Source: Nitrosopumilus sp.
GTDB lineage: Archaea; Thermoproteota; Nitrososphaeria; Nitrososphaerales; Nitrosopumilaceae
Reading direction: 5' to 3'
DNA length: 64,000 bases
NCBI GenBank assembly: GCA_965218695.1
Contig: OZ244651.1
Span: forward strand, 704,001-768,000
Position numbers and translations under genes: made by a program. Below are positions 40,643 to 51,060 of the stretch, piece by piece. Under the pieces are notes generated by a model. That model worked only from the letters and a program-made list of their open reading frames with translations, made no database searches and was not told the origin of the DNA. Position 1 is the first letter of the stretch; each line of letters opens with the position of its first letter.

Positions 40643-42586
40643 ATGGCAGAGCGGCGCGGAGCCATATCGGCAATGTTGATGTTTCTCGTACTGTTGGCTG
40701 TGATTGCCGCAGTTATCGTAATCAGCCAGGGGATAGTAGTCAAGGTGGGGCTTGAGCTGCCCACCATCCTGACAGACATGCCGACGTTTTACGAGTACGA
40801 CGGCTCCGGCAGCCGCGCAATCGAGGCAAAGATATGCGACTACGACGGCAACGCGATTCTCCAATGCAGATGGGAGACTGACAGGTGCAACAACCCGTCA
40901 GATCTGTTGCACGACCCTAAAGACTGCCACATGAAGCCGAGCCATTACGTTGACTTCTATTGGCTGCTGGCAGGCATAGGCGTATCCATAATGTTGATCG
41001 TGCTGTCGGTGGCCGTCTTGCAGTACATCGCCGAAGGCACGGGCTTTGCTGACAAAAGCAGGGCAATCGAGAACGTCAAAAGGATCATTCCGTATATCGT
41101 CATCATACTGATCATTCCGACAATATGGGATCCGTTTGCCATAATGATTGAAAACGCCGCGCTCTTCCTCATGGCCCCGTTCCCGCCAGAAGCCGATTCC
41201 TTCATAGACGCAGGGCTAGTCGGGGTCTTTGTGGACGGGGAGACGATCCGCGGACAGGCGCAGCTGCGCAGCGCATGGCTTATGATGGAGGCAGGAAGCA
41301 TAATCCCGCCCAGTGTCTGGCAGCCAGAAACGCTGGCAGGGTTTATCTTTGATCCTGCAAAGGCGGTCAACAACGTGCTGACCGGCGCGTTTTTGGGAGT
41401 CTTCAAGGCGTACGTGGTCATCATGCTCGGCCTGGAGATGTGGGTGTCCGGAGTGGTGCGCGTCATGGCGACCATGATGACGGTGATGGCGATGCCGATA
41501 ATGCTCCCGCTGTCGCTGATTCCAAAGTTTGGCGAGACGACAAAAAAGATCACCGACGCCATATTTGGACTGTCCATAGCCCCGATATTTTCGGCGCTGG
41601 TCTTTACCATCGGCCTGGCGTATCTGTCGGCATCAAGGTCAGATGACGAGCTGCTGCGCTGGCTGCAGGCAGTATGCGTGTGCTTTTTGTGCTCGGCTGC
41701 CGTCACCACGCTGGCAGGCGGGTTCTTCATGAATGCCGAGTCCAAGGTGAGGGACGCGCTAAAGACTGCGCTGACGTCGGCCTCGATGACTGTTGCTGCT
41801 GTTGCCTCCGGCGGGGCGGGCGCGGCTGCCGGTCTTGGCGCTGCCGGTGCAGGAATCGGGGGGAATGTCGCAGGCATTGCCGCCAAGGGCGCAGCCGGAG
41901 TCGTGTCTGCCACGGTACAGACTGCGACCCAGACTGCGGCACTGTCTAGCGGCAAGTCCAGTCATTCCGGTCCGTCGTCAGGTGCGCCCAAAATAATGCC
42001 TGATGCAACGCAGGCAGGAACCACAACTGACGGCGGTTATGTACCGGGATCATTTGTAGCAGCAGGGGCCGGACGCGATACGGCACAGGCAGATATGCTT
42101 GGTGCCGCGCCAGATGCCGCGCCAGATGCCGCGCCAGGGACAAGGCAGAGGGGAGGCGATACTGTCGTTGCAGACGGCGGCATGGATGCTCTGCCCAAGG
42201 AGGCCAAGAACAGGCAGGGCAAGGCAGTAAAGAGGCCAGAGAGACTGCGCACGTCCGGACCGTCAAAGTGGGACTATGCCAAGGCGTTTCTCATGGGCGC
42301 GATATCTGGAGGGGTCGCACCAATGATGCAGGGTTCGATGCCGGGTGCGGCCGGCATGGACAAGATGGTCGCCCCGCTGTCAAAAAAGGCCACTGCCGTA
42401 AGCGCAGATCAGGTCAAAATGCAGAACAAGGAGTTTCGGGATTCGTCTGATTACTTTGAGGCACTAAAAGACCAGAATGAATCCGACAGGCTGGCCAATG
42501 CAGGCGAGAAGATGAACAAGGAAGGCATTAAGAGAGAAAACAAAGACGATGACTCCGACGGGAGAACGCCGGGATACATCGGATAA
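40643..42586 (+). CDS. virB6: VirB6/TrbL-like polytopic membrane protein
   Basis: At least 7 TM helices, R...MPIMLPLSLIP segment, long Gly/Ala-rich tail; ICE context. Confidence 0.75.
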   Translation: MAERRGAISAMLMFLVLLAVIAAVIVISQGIVVKVGLELPTILTDMPTFYEYDGSGSRAIEAKICDYDGNAILQCRWETDRCNNPSDLLHDPKDCHMKPSHYVDFYWLLAGIGVSIMLIVLSVAVLQYIAEGTGFADKSRAIENVKRIIPYIVIILIIPTIWDPFAIMIENAALFLMAPFPPEADSFIDAGLVGVFVDGETIRGQAQLRSAWLMMEAGSIIPPSVWQPETLAGFIFDPAKAVNNVLTGAFLGVFKAYVVIMLGLEMWVSGVVRVMATMMTVMAMPIMLPLSLIPKFGETTKKITDAIFGLSIAPIFSALVFTIGLAYLSASRSDDELLRWLQAVCVCFLCSAAVTTLAGGFFMNAESKVRDALKTALTSASMTVAAVASGGAGAAAGLGAAGAGIGGNVAGIAAKGAAGVVSATVQTATQTAALSSGKSSHSGPSSGAPKIMPDATQAGTTTDGGYVPGSFVAAGAGRDTAQADMLGAAPDAAPDAAPGTRQRGGDTVVADGGMDALPKEAKNRQGKAVKRPERLRTSGPSKWDYAKAFLMGAISGGVAPMMQGSMPGAAGMDKMVAPLSKKATAVSADQVKMQNKEFRDSSDYFEALKDQNESDRLANAGEKMNKEGIKRENKDDDSDGRTPGYIG

Positions 42587-42785
42587 ACATGCCTGCCATT
42601 GCTTAATGCATGGATGCCTGCGATTTAACGCCGCCGCCTTCAAGACAGACCTGTTTTCAGATTTTGTCTACGGGTAACTCGGTTAGTGTCGAACCGGTAT
42701 CTGTCGGGCTAAATAGCCCGAGCCCAAGTTGGCAATTTGTTTGATCCGGGAAAATCACCCTCAAGGACAACAGATGGCATCAAGC

Positions 42786-43022
42786 CTATGGAAACGCTAC
42801 ATCTATCGGCCTGCTCATGAAATATCCGTCAGGCATTCTGTTCTTTTTTACTATGATGTCGTGCGACGTGTCGCGTATCATCCTCCTGATATCCTCGGCT
42901 GTCTCCGGCAGCAGGTTCTTCCAGTCTATGGTGGATTCCCACCTCTTGGCGTAACGCCTGGCGTTTTCTTTTCTGGACAGGTTCCTGCCGTGCTGAGTCG
43001 AGTTCCATTCCTCATCAGACAT
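42786..43022 (-). CDS. Small hypothetical protein
   Basis: Charged, protein-like ORF; no family recognised. Confidence 0.4.
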   Translation of the reverse strand: MSDEEWNSTQHGRNLSRKENARRYAKRWESTIDWKNLLPETAEDIRRMIRDTSHDIIVKKNRMPDGYFMSRPIDVAFP

Positions 43023-43073
43023 AAGATCCATGATAATAAAACTGCAGAATATCATTTAAGCATTATTTAATTG

Positions 43074-43280
43074 GGTTCTGTTAACTTATCGGCACCTGCC
43101 CACGCACGGATTTTGTTGGTTGTCGGCACGCATGTCGGGGTGTTAACCGTCGGCACCTGCCCCGCTACATCGACGAATTCGCCGGAAAGCACAACATCAG
43201 GAACATGGATATGGCGGACATGATAGCAGCGCTGGCGCGTGGCATGGTCGGTAAGCGGCTCACGTACGGGGACTTGCTCG
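43074..43280 (+). mobile_element. IS1595-family remnant (transposase C-terminus plus a possible terminal repeat)
   Basis: RHLPRYIDEFAGKHNIR...MVGKRLTYGDL from 43151; GGTTCTGTTAACTTATCGG at 43074. Confidence 0.7.
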
Positions 43281-43972
43281 GCCAAGGAACGACAGTAGCG
43301 GTTCGGCACGCCTTAACTTGTCGTCTGGTTCAGCCGATAAATCCGTGCACACTGCCGTGCCTTCACACGCCATCCACCAGCTGGCACCCGTGCCCGGGGA
43401 CACAATGCAGTGGGAGATTGACAAGGCAGAACGCGGATGGATTGTCATGATGCAGAAGAAAAAGCATTGGGACAAAGAAGGGATTCCAAGAGGCATGAGG
43501 TCGGACCAAACGTGGTGAGTGGTCGGGTTTTGGTACATGTCGATGGAAAACACCAATTCGTCGTCGAAGCGATATTTGACCATCCGCATGCATTGAGTCA
43601 CTTTTTTGAACACCATCACAAGTGATAAGTTCTTGTCAACTCCCAGGTCCAACAGGGTAACTGCCATGATTACCGCTATAGCGGTAACACACGCGTCTTT
43701 TGATCTTCAACATAGACACTTCCAGAGAATTTCCACCCGGCTGCCCAGGAGAAGAATATCAACGAAGTCTTTGACAGCCTGCCGGAAGGCAAGAAGAACC
43801 ACATAAACGAGCGCGACGGCAAAACATGAGCCGTCCTGATGCGTACTGTTTGAGGCGTGGATACGTTGAGTATCACCACGCAAAGTACAATCTAGTGTAT
43901 CGTCTATCATGAGATTGCATCATGTTGCTTAGGACGGTGGCGCGCAGTTGGCCAACTCCGTAAATTAGCTAC

Positions 43973-44479
43973 CTACAGCTCGGCTAGATATGCAGTGTAA
44001 TCGCCATGGTTTAGGCGTTGTTTGGCCCGAACCAATTTTGTTTTCTCTAACTCAAAAATGCCACGTTTCTTAAGCTCGCCCATCTTCAAAATTAAAACAC
44101 GGTATGAAGTGTAAGGTATGGAATCAAGCATCTCATTTTCATCAAATTCACGCCCAAACGAAATCATCAGGCGAAAACTGCCACTCAAATCCATGTCTTT
44201 GGCGCATGCTGCGGGAAAGTTTGTAATGTCGAATTTGTCGTGCTTGTCCACGAAGTCAGCCAATTTTCTGCAAGCCTGCCAGCGTGCGGTAGTTGACGGG
44301 TTACCACTACCTCCCAGCACTGGCTTTACTTCTGCAATCAACGCATCGTATCCGTATTTCAAGGCATTGACATCGTTCCCGATGCTTATGCCACTTGCCT
44401 CAAAATCACCCAAATCCATGGACACCTCGGTGATTCCATCAATCCTGATTAGTTTCACGGATATCCTGTGTTGCGTCAT
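43973..44479 (-). CDS. Hypothetical protein, possibly DUF1016/YhcG N-terminal-like
   Basis: RWQACRKL...FRLMISFGREF...IPYTSYRVLI pattern; 12 nt downstream of the GHKL gene. Confidence 0.7.
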   Translation of the reverse strand: MTQHRISVKLIRIDGITEVSMDLGDFEASGISIGNDVNALKYGYDALIAEVKPVLGGSGNPSTTARWQACRKLADFVDKHDKFDITNFPAACAKDMDLSGSFRLMISFGREFDENEMLDSIPYTSYRVLILKMGELKKRGIFELEKTKLVRAKQRLNHGDYTAYLAEL

Positions 44480-44491
44480 GCATTCACCACA

Positions 44492-45886
44492 TCAGACCAC
44501 TTTAAGATCTTTGGCTTCTGTCATCAAGTCCCTGTGTATGTCTAGTGCTTCTGCGGGAGTCATTAATTTCTTTTTTGTTCCATGCTTGATCAGCGAACTA
44601 AAAATGACGGATTTGACGCGCTGGTTTCTCGCGTCTTCATTCCTCTCATATTGGCGGTATAGCGGATGTTGCCGGTTACAAACAAAGTTGTTGGTTTCTG
44701 GATCAAGCCAGCCGTCACGAGGATCGCCGTACCGGTCTACCAACGTGATGTTGAGGTCGCTTCCGCCGCGACTGTCGTTCTTGTTATTTTTTCGTTCTTT
44801 GTCGGTTGATTGTCTAGGCGGTTCTTCAGGGGGGAGTTTTGCATTTCCCGCTCCGGCGCCCTTGCCAGGCCCAATTTCGTTCGTTACGCTTGGATTTAGC
44901 CATTCATATTCCGGCTTTTTAAATAATTTTTGAAAAAACCTTGACAGTTTGGCGTTGCGCTGGATTTCCCCAACCGGTTTTTCCACGTATCCATGCTTGC
45001 GAAGCGTCTCATGCGCCCAGCGTTCAACTCCCTTGTACATGTCCCCTACGGGACCCTGTCCGCTCTTGAAACTGCTCTTGTTTAGCTTGAGATATTTGGA
45101 ACACTTTTCCGCGTCAATCATCACGTGTACGCGGTTCTTGTAAGGCTCCGTGATCTCTGCCGCCCATTCAAGCTTCTTGGTTGTTATGTTCTTTCCCCAT
45201 ACCTGGTATTGTAGATAGCGCCATTTTGCAGGAATGTCTTCGCACATTACAGTCAGAGTGACCGGAAACACGAGATGTCTGACCTTTACAGTATCGCTTG
45301 TCTGAAATTCATGCGGCGGCTTCCACGCTTCTAATTTGTCGTCGTTGATTGTGACTGTCAGGCCATTGAGCAGGGCGGGATTAAACTCGTTAAGCAAGAT
45401 CTCGTGTAGCTTTGTTTGCAATGACTTGTAATCATTCTCGCGAAGTTTCACTCCATACGACGTGCCACGGATCCTCAGCGCCGTCGCAATATTACACTCG
45501 TTCCATTTTGGCGTTCCGTGCTTGACATACATGTCCGACACGAATGGGCCTTCATCACCGTATGTTTCCGTGCGTATTACCGTGTTTTTCCATATGGCAA
45601 GGTAAACCTTTGCCCCAACACCCGCAAAGCCAATTCCGCGTCCTTTCGTCTTGGTGGATCCGGATATCTTGTGGTATGCCCTGAACTGCTTCCGGTTCAT
45701 TCCCGGGCCGTTGTCCTTGAACGTTATCGATTGGTCTTTGAGTGTTATGTCGACCATGTTTGCCTTGGCATCAAGCGCGTTTGCCATTGCCTCCAGCACG
45801 ACCACCGATGTCTCGTCGTCATACGCGTCACGAAAGTTTTCAAGCGTATGCATTACGTTGATTTCTATGTCGTGTTGTCTTGTCAC
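44492..45886 (-). CDS. GHKL (MORC/HSP90-like) ATPase
   Basis: EAMANALDA, DNGPGM, GFAGVGAK and GT Bergerat-fold motifs. Confidence 0.9.
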   Translation of the reverse strand: MTRQHDIEINVMHTLENFRDAYDDETSVVVLEAMANALDAKANMVDITLKDQSITFKDNGPGMNRKQFRAYHKISGSTKTKGRGIGFAGVGAKVYLAIWKNTVIRTETYGDEGPFVSDMYVKHGTPKWNECNIATALRIRGTSYGVKLRENDYKSLQTKLHEILLNEFNPALLNGLTVTINDDKLEAWKPPHEFQTSDTVKVRHLVFPVTLTVMCEDIPAKWRYLQYQVWGKNITTKKLEWAAEITEPYKNRVHVMIDAEKCSKYLKLNKSSFKSGQGPVGDMYKGVERWAHETLRKHGYVEKPVGEIQRNAKLSRFFQKLFKKPEYEWLNPSVTNEIGPGKGAGAGNAKLPPEEPPRQSTDKERKNNKNDSRGGSDLNITLVDRYGDPRDGWLDPETNNFVCNRQHPLYRQYERNEDARNQRVKSVIFSSLIKHGTKKKLMTPAEALDIHRDLMTEAKDLKVV

Positions 45887-46011
45887 ATCGCAGTAATATC
45901 ATAAACAGTATAAATGAATATGTATCATTTGACAGGAGCATAGCACCAAATTACATGGTTATGGGAATTGTAACGCGTAGTCTGCTCGTATTCATAAAGA
46001 CTCATTATAAC

Positions 46012-46145
46012 TTATTATCGGACATTTTCAGACATGTGCTGGGCCATCTCTACCTATTATCGAACGGCGCGGTTCCATTTGGAATTGAACAATTATGTGA
46101 ACAAAAAAAACCGTGCTGATCCACACGAACTTATGATCTTGGCTA
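46012..46145 (+). mobile_element. IS630 3'-end remnant
   Basis: RTFSDMCWAISTYYRTARFHLE matches the C-terminus of 8188-9201; ends ...GGCTA followed by TA. Confidence 0.75.
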
Positions 46146-46362
46146 TAAGTGCCCAGCCGGGATCTTGTCTGGCGTGTTGTACCGGTTCGACAGAGTGTTC
46201 TTCAAATGTGCCGCTAAACTGGTCCTTGCACATATTGCACAATACGTACCTTAGTGGCATCCCGTACATTTTCTTTGTGTCCTTGTATCTTATACCTCGG
46301 TAAAATAGTCCGATCTGGTCGGCGTCGTCTTTCGCGTTTATGTCGTTGGGCGTAATCTCCAT
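46146..46362 (-). pseudogene. Possible N-terminal fragment of a thaumarchaeal-type integrase, cut by the IS630 remnant
   Basis: LFYRGIRYKDTKKMY...LRYVLC...GTFEE...PGW resembles integrase N-termini (from memory). Confidence 0.45.
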
Positions 46363-46616
46363 AAAGTCTGCGTAACCGTTTTACTTCAGTACTTTTTGAC
46401 GGCATGAACAATCTATTATGCACGATACGGCTGCCATAATCTTGTGGCCTTGGGAAATCACGGGATGGTCATGTATGCCTAAAATGTGCACATGTCCCGT
46501 TCCTGTATGGGTACGGCCTGACAGCGTCTATTAGTCGCGTACGGGGGCGGGTGGGAAAATCGTCCAAAAATTAAAACAACGCTAAAATCGTCTCTAATGC
46601 GTTTATCGCGATTTTG

Positions 46617-47829
46617 GGGTGTGTCCTAGAGGCATATACCCCCGGATGACAAAAGATATGGATCGGCGGATCACGGCATCGCCTAATGACTACAAAGAAA
46701 CGCGACCAACGACAGTACGATTTGGTTCAGCAGTACCTGTCGGGCCTCATGCTGAATACCGTGCTGGGAATAATCAAGAATCTTGGGGATCCGTACGCCG
46801 TCAGGCCCGGCCTGGGCGGCATGACGGCATACCCGCCTGGCGCCATGGCAGCTGTCTGCATCATGCTTGAGGCACAGCGCACGACCTACCGTAAGATGGT
46901 CGGCATCCTCCGAAACAATAGCGCCATGGCAGCCAAGATGGGCCTAGAGAAAATTCCCTCCAAGAGCACGATAGCACGCGCCTACGGCCTGATCCCGGAA
47001 TGGTACCTGGCAGAGGCACACCGGATTGCCATCAGGGAGGTGGAGGCAGGCTCCCTGGCAGCAGACGGTACCGGATACTCGTACCTGCGGTTTGTCAGGT
47101 GGTTTGACGTCAGGACCGACAGTTTTCGTACCAGAAAGGGATGGGTCAAACTGCACGCAATCGTGGATATCCGCACCAGGGTGATAATCGACTGCATGGT
47201 GACTGACAGCGCAGTGGCAGACATAAACGGGCTGTACGCGATGCTCGGCAGGTTAGGCCGGGGCACCGGCGACTTTTGCCTGGATTCTGCATACCTGGCA
47301 AGGCTCATGTGCAACATGATATCTGCGATGGGAATGGTGCCCCGCATCAAGCCAAAATCCAACACCATACGCAACGCCAGGGGAAGCCAGTCGTGGCGCG
47401 AGATGGTAAGCCTGTACATGGATGAACGGGACAGGTTTGACTCGGAATACCACCAGCGCAGCATCATCGAGGCAGTCTTTGCCGCCCTCAAGAAGATGTA
47501 CGGGGACAGCACCAGGTGCCGAAAACACGAGAACCGGACAAGGGAGACTGCGATCCGTGTCATGTGCTACAACATCGAGCTCGTGGCCAGATTGCAGGCA
47601 AAAGACGGCAGGCTCACACAGGATCAAATCGCGACACTTGCAGCATAGCTGGCGCGTTTCACCACGCGCTTCCTAGCGGAGCCTCCGCACCGTGTCTTGG
47701 ATTTGGGGGATTTTATGGGTTGTGGAGGATCGATGGTGCGGCACTGTTGGCGTCGACGGGTTCTGGCACCAATCATGTCTTTGGCATCTTGGCACATGAA
47801 ATGGCATTTTTTATTACTAGGACACACCC
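46617..47829 (+). mobile_element. IS5-family element (IS903/ISH1-like)
   Basis: TIR GGGTGTGTCCTAG; 9-bp TSD GCGATTTTG. Confidence 0.92.
46686..47648 (+). CDS. IS5-family DDE transposase
   Basis: ADGTG, WVKLH, LDSAY and YHQRSIIEAVFAALK motifs. Confidence 0.92.
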   Translation: MTTKKRDQRQYDLVQQYLSGLMLNTVLGIIKNLGDPYAVRPGLGGMTAYPPGAMAAVCIMLEAQRTTYRKMVGILRNNSAMAAKMGLEKIPSKSTIARAYGLIPEWYLAEAHRIAIREVEAGSLAADGTGYSYLRFVRWFDVRTDSFRTRKGWVKLHAIVDIRTRVIIDCMVTDSAVADINGLYAMLGRLGRGTGDFCLDSAYLARLMCNMISAMGMVPRIKPKSNTIRNARGSQSWREMVSLYMDERDRFDSEYHQRSIIEAVFAALKKMYGDSTRCRKHENRTRETAIRVMCYNIELVARLQAKDGRLTQDQIATLAA

Positions 47830-47889
47830 GCGATTTTGCTATATCTTTTAAATGATCAGAGCACAAAATAAACATGACTGGAAAGACGG

Positions 47890-47898
47890 CCCTTTTAA
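47890..47898 (+). promoter_or_regulatory. C-rich BRE/TATA motif CCCTTTTAA
   Basis: 26 nt upstream of ATG 47919. Confidence 0.7.
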
Positions 47899-47918
47899 GC
47901 CGGGTGGGCGTGTAGGGC

Positions 47919-49025
47919 ATGTTCGGCAGGAAGAAGAAAAAGCAGCAGCAGGAAGAAGAGCCCGGCGCGCGCTCGCACGAGTCCGGCTACATCATGCGCA
48001 AGGGCGAGCACATGGTACTTGCACAAGAGGTCGCTTCCCCGGAGGGCAGCGGCTGGCTCATGGTCACAAACATGGAGTTCTTCTTCATCCACCGCAGCCG
48101 TGGAATATACCTGCACCTGGACCACGACATGATTGAATCGATAAAAAATGACAAGGACAAGATCACGGTAAAGTGGACAGAAGGCGGCGCGGGGTTTGAT
48201 TTTCAGATGCGCCTCAGGGAGGGATTCTACACGGCCAAGGAGATAATCAGGATGTTGGATGCGCGGTTCCGGTACGCCGGGCAGGTCTTTGAGCACGTCG
48301 GGTTGGACGACAACGACATCGAGCGCGCCAGGCATGTCAGGGTGCGCCATTTTGAATCAGAGCTGGAAAAGACGCAGGGGGCCATAAGGGGGATAGAGGC
48401 CGGCGAAATTGAGGATGACGGCATTGGCGGCTGGAGGTTATTGGAGGAGACAGAAAAGATGAATCTGGAATGCGCCAAGGCGATGCCGTTTGTGCGCTCG
48501 GCCAGGGTTCCGGCCCACATACAGCTCGCACACGTCTGGAACGACTGCTACTACGACGAGAAGAGGAAGATGTTTGTCACTTTCCGCAGGTTCCCTAACG
48601 GCGTGGGCCGTGAGACGCGCGCCAAGCAGGACGGGCTTGGCTATGTCGGAGAAGGGATGGCGTTTGGCTGGAAGGATGTAAGGTTCAGATACGGTTATCC
48701 GACGGTGACGGCAAAGGACAAAAACGGCCTTTATTGCAGCAGCCTGCTGTGCACAATGTCTGAGGAGATGATAACCGAGGATCTTGTGATATCGTTGTTT
48801 AGGATTCACGATGATTTGGGCAGATCTGATTTGGATACGGTCTACTATGAGACCGAGGCAAAGCGATGGATCGGCGGCAGGTTCTTCAAGATCACAGACG
48901 CAGAACGCAGGATCGGCCTAAAGCATTTGGCGTGGCTCCGGGCCACGAACAATCCGGACATCCCGTGGATCAGGCCAATGGAGTTCATCCGGCTTGAAGA
49001 AAAAGAAGATACGGTCGTGGCATAA
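47919..49025 (+). CDS. Hypothetical protein with a possible N-terminal PH-like domain
   Basis: GE...GWLMVTNMEFFF...IESIK pattern; 368-aa ORF. Confidence 0.75.
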   Translation: MFGRKKKKQQQEEEPGARSHESGYIMRKGEHMVLAQEVASPEGSGWLMVTNMEFFFIHRSRGIYLHLDHDMIESIKNDKDKITVKWTEGGAGFDFQMRLREGFYTAKEIIRMLDARFRYAGQVFEHVGLDDNDIERARHVRVRHFESELEKTQGAIRGIEAGEIEDDGIGGWRLLEETEKMNLECAKAMPFVRSARVPAHIQLAHVWNDCYYDEKRKMFVTFRRFPNGVGRETRAKQDGLGYVGEGMAFGWKDVRFRYGYPTVTAKDKNGLYCSSLLCTMSEEMITEDLVISLFRIHDDLGRSDLDTVYYETEAKRWIGGRFFKITDAERRIGLKHLAWLRATNNPDIPWIRPMEFIRLEEKEDTVVA

Positions 49026-49446
49026 AGCAGAATGCACACGCCGGTTTGGCACGTCATCTCAAAAGTCTGTCCGGCTCATGCACGCCCCCGGCTGCCGCCC
49101 TGAATTCGTTTGCGAGTTCAAGCAGTCCTTTTTTGTCGGGACGGCCCGCTTCGCCTACAAACCCGAACATGCAAAATATCTTATCTCGTTATGAGGGCAG
49201 TTTGAATAAAATTTTGTAATAAATTCGATTTTCGGTCACGGGTTTACGTTTCGTGGTATGCGTGGATGCCCAAATGGTTGGAAGATGTCCTTTGAATATA
49301 GGATATTGTGTACGTTTGAAGTGTTGCGCATAACACACACGCGCTAGATGTTATCCCGCATAGTTTACAGATGGTTCCGTACAGGGAATTTTCAACGACC
49401 GGGTTCGGTTTTACATGTAACGGCGGTCTCTTTATTTTAATTTGTT

Positions 49447-49782
49447 TTAAATGTATTTTTCTCCCTTTTTCTTGGTGGTGATGTCGACTACACCATCCAT
49501 TGCAGAGATGAAAATCTTGCCATCGCCCGGTGATCCTGTATGCACGGCATCTGTAATTATCGACACTGCCTCGTCTTCCTTGGCATCCTCAATTGCAACA
49601 AAAAATGTCACAACATCATTGTATCGTTCTATGTAACGCCCTAGTCCCGGTTTGATCTTTCTGGGTCCCTTTCCGCGACCCTTTGCAGAGGTTACGGTAA
49701 GGCCGCCAATCCCTGCCTTTTGCAGGGCGTCCACGACGTCTTTTTCCTTAGATGCGGGGACTACCGCGTCAATTCTTTTCAT
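49447..49782 (-). CDS. glnB: P-II nitrogen regulatory protein
   Basis: MKRIDAVV, GLTV..AKGRG and TGSPGDGKIF motifs; A-rich BRE/TATA 26 nt upstream. Confidence 0.93.
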   Translation of the reverse strand: MKRIDAVVPASKEKDVVDALQKAGIGGLTVTSAKGRGKGPRKIKPGLGRYIERYNDVVTFFVAIEDAKEDEAVSIITDAVHTGSPGDGKIFISAMDGVVDITTKKKGEKYI

Positions 49783-50113
49783 GCATTCTTACAAGGACGG
49801 GTTAAAAAGTTTATTTTGTACAGGGTTTGCAGGCTGGTTTTAAAGAAAACTCCATTCCAAGCCAACCACGGCTATCTGGCAATTCCATTGCATCGTCCAT
49901 ACCTCGCTGCAAGGAGTTGGATCTTGAAACTTTTCGGTTGGCTAAGATGATGCTTGTTCGGGGACTTTGGCGTGTCAGTATAGATCCTGTATCGACCGGG
50001 CGATTTCCTGCGGGGCGTACTCGCCGTGCGCCGCCCCGCATCAACCGGCCTTGACAAGAATCCGCAACGGATTAGACGCGGCGCCGTAAATATCTGCCTT
50101 GGGAACGTGCGAC

Positions 50114-50350
50114 ATGGACAGGCTGAATGCGCTTTTGGATGATGCGGCGATGCATGCGTCCACCGCGATAAAGTTCGATAGCCTCGGCACACGGAGCCTC
50201 TCGATTGATGAATACCGGATGGGCATCAAGATCCTGGGTCGCGTCATGAAAGAGTATTCTACCCAAGCGCCGGTCGTCGTGCTGCGGGCAAGGTGCGGCA
50301 GGTACGCGTACAGGATCAAGGTCTTGGAGCGCGCAGAAGGGAGTCAATAA
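50114..50350 (+). CDS. Small hypothetical protein
   Basis: CCGTAAATAT 27 nt upstream; coding-like codon usage. Confidence 0.5.
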   Translation: MDRLNALLDDAAMHASTAIKFDSLGTRSLSIDEYRMGIKILGRVMKEYSTQAPVVVLRARCGRYAYRIKVLERAEGSQ

Positions 50351-50415
50351 ATGCCGGAGGCAGAATGGTGTCAATCGGGAGACCGAATTTGGTGCGGTCT
50401 CTTGGATGCGAGTGT

Positions 50416-50721
50416 TTAATCCATGTGGAGCAGAAACGTCTGCGGTCCGCTGATGCAGATGTCGCCCAGAATGGTGACCTGGCCCGCCGGATGGGCAGCT
50501 GAGCCGACGGCCCCTATCACTACCAGATGCCACCACCTTATCATCCCCATTCGGCGCATCTTGAACGTGACGATCCGCAGGCTCCGATGGACGCTGCCAT
50601 CGGGCCCCAGCGACAAGCACCCTGTTCCAAAGGTCAACAGCGAAAGCAAGACCTCATTAATCTGGTTGCTTGCGACGATGCCGGCGACTGCCAGCAGGGC
50701 GTACCATGCTGGCCGGGACAT
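50416..50721 (-). CDS. Possible small membrane protein (may be degenerate)
   Basis: Two hydrophobic stretches only. Confidence 0.3.
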   Translation of the reverse strand: MSRPAWYALLAVAGIVASNQINEVLLSLLTFGTGCLSLGPDGSVHRSLRIVTFKMRRMGMIRWWHLVVIGAVGSAAHPAGQVTILGDICISGPQTFLLHMD

Positions 50722-51060
50722 GACTTGGCGGGCTGGCTGGCCGGCGGCAACAAAAGCATACGCGCCGGTTGTGTGTATGAGGTCACCATGTCAGGCCCAG
50801 CCTCATGCCTTGCGGCACCCGTCACTCGTCACAAGGCCGCCGCTTCCGGATTGTGGCCATTCCCCTCCTTTGCAGTGTATCGGATTTGGCCAGCGGAAAT
50901 CCCGCATTCACCGTCAAAACGGTATTTGGCTTTCCGCATGCCCCGAGTCCCTCTTTGGCATGCCATCATAAGTGGCAAATTCGTGTCGACTCTCAGATCC
51001 AACAGGAGTGCGCAGAGCGGTCCCGCACGCAAATATCCGTTCTGGCCTTGACATGTCCAG

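Noticed and set aside
43260-43910. Short hydrophobic ORFs between the IS1595 remnant and the GHKL operon
   Set aside because: Fragmented and unrecognisable; possibly a pseudogene but not supportable.
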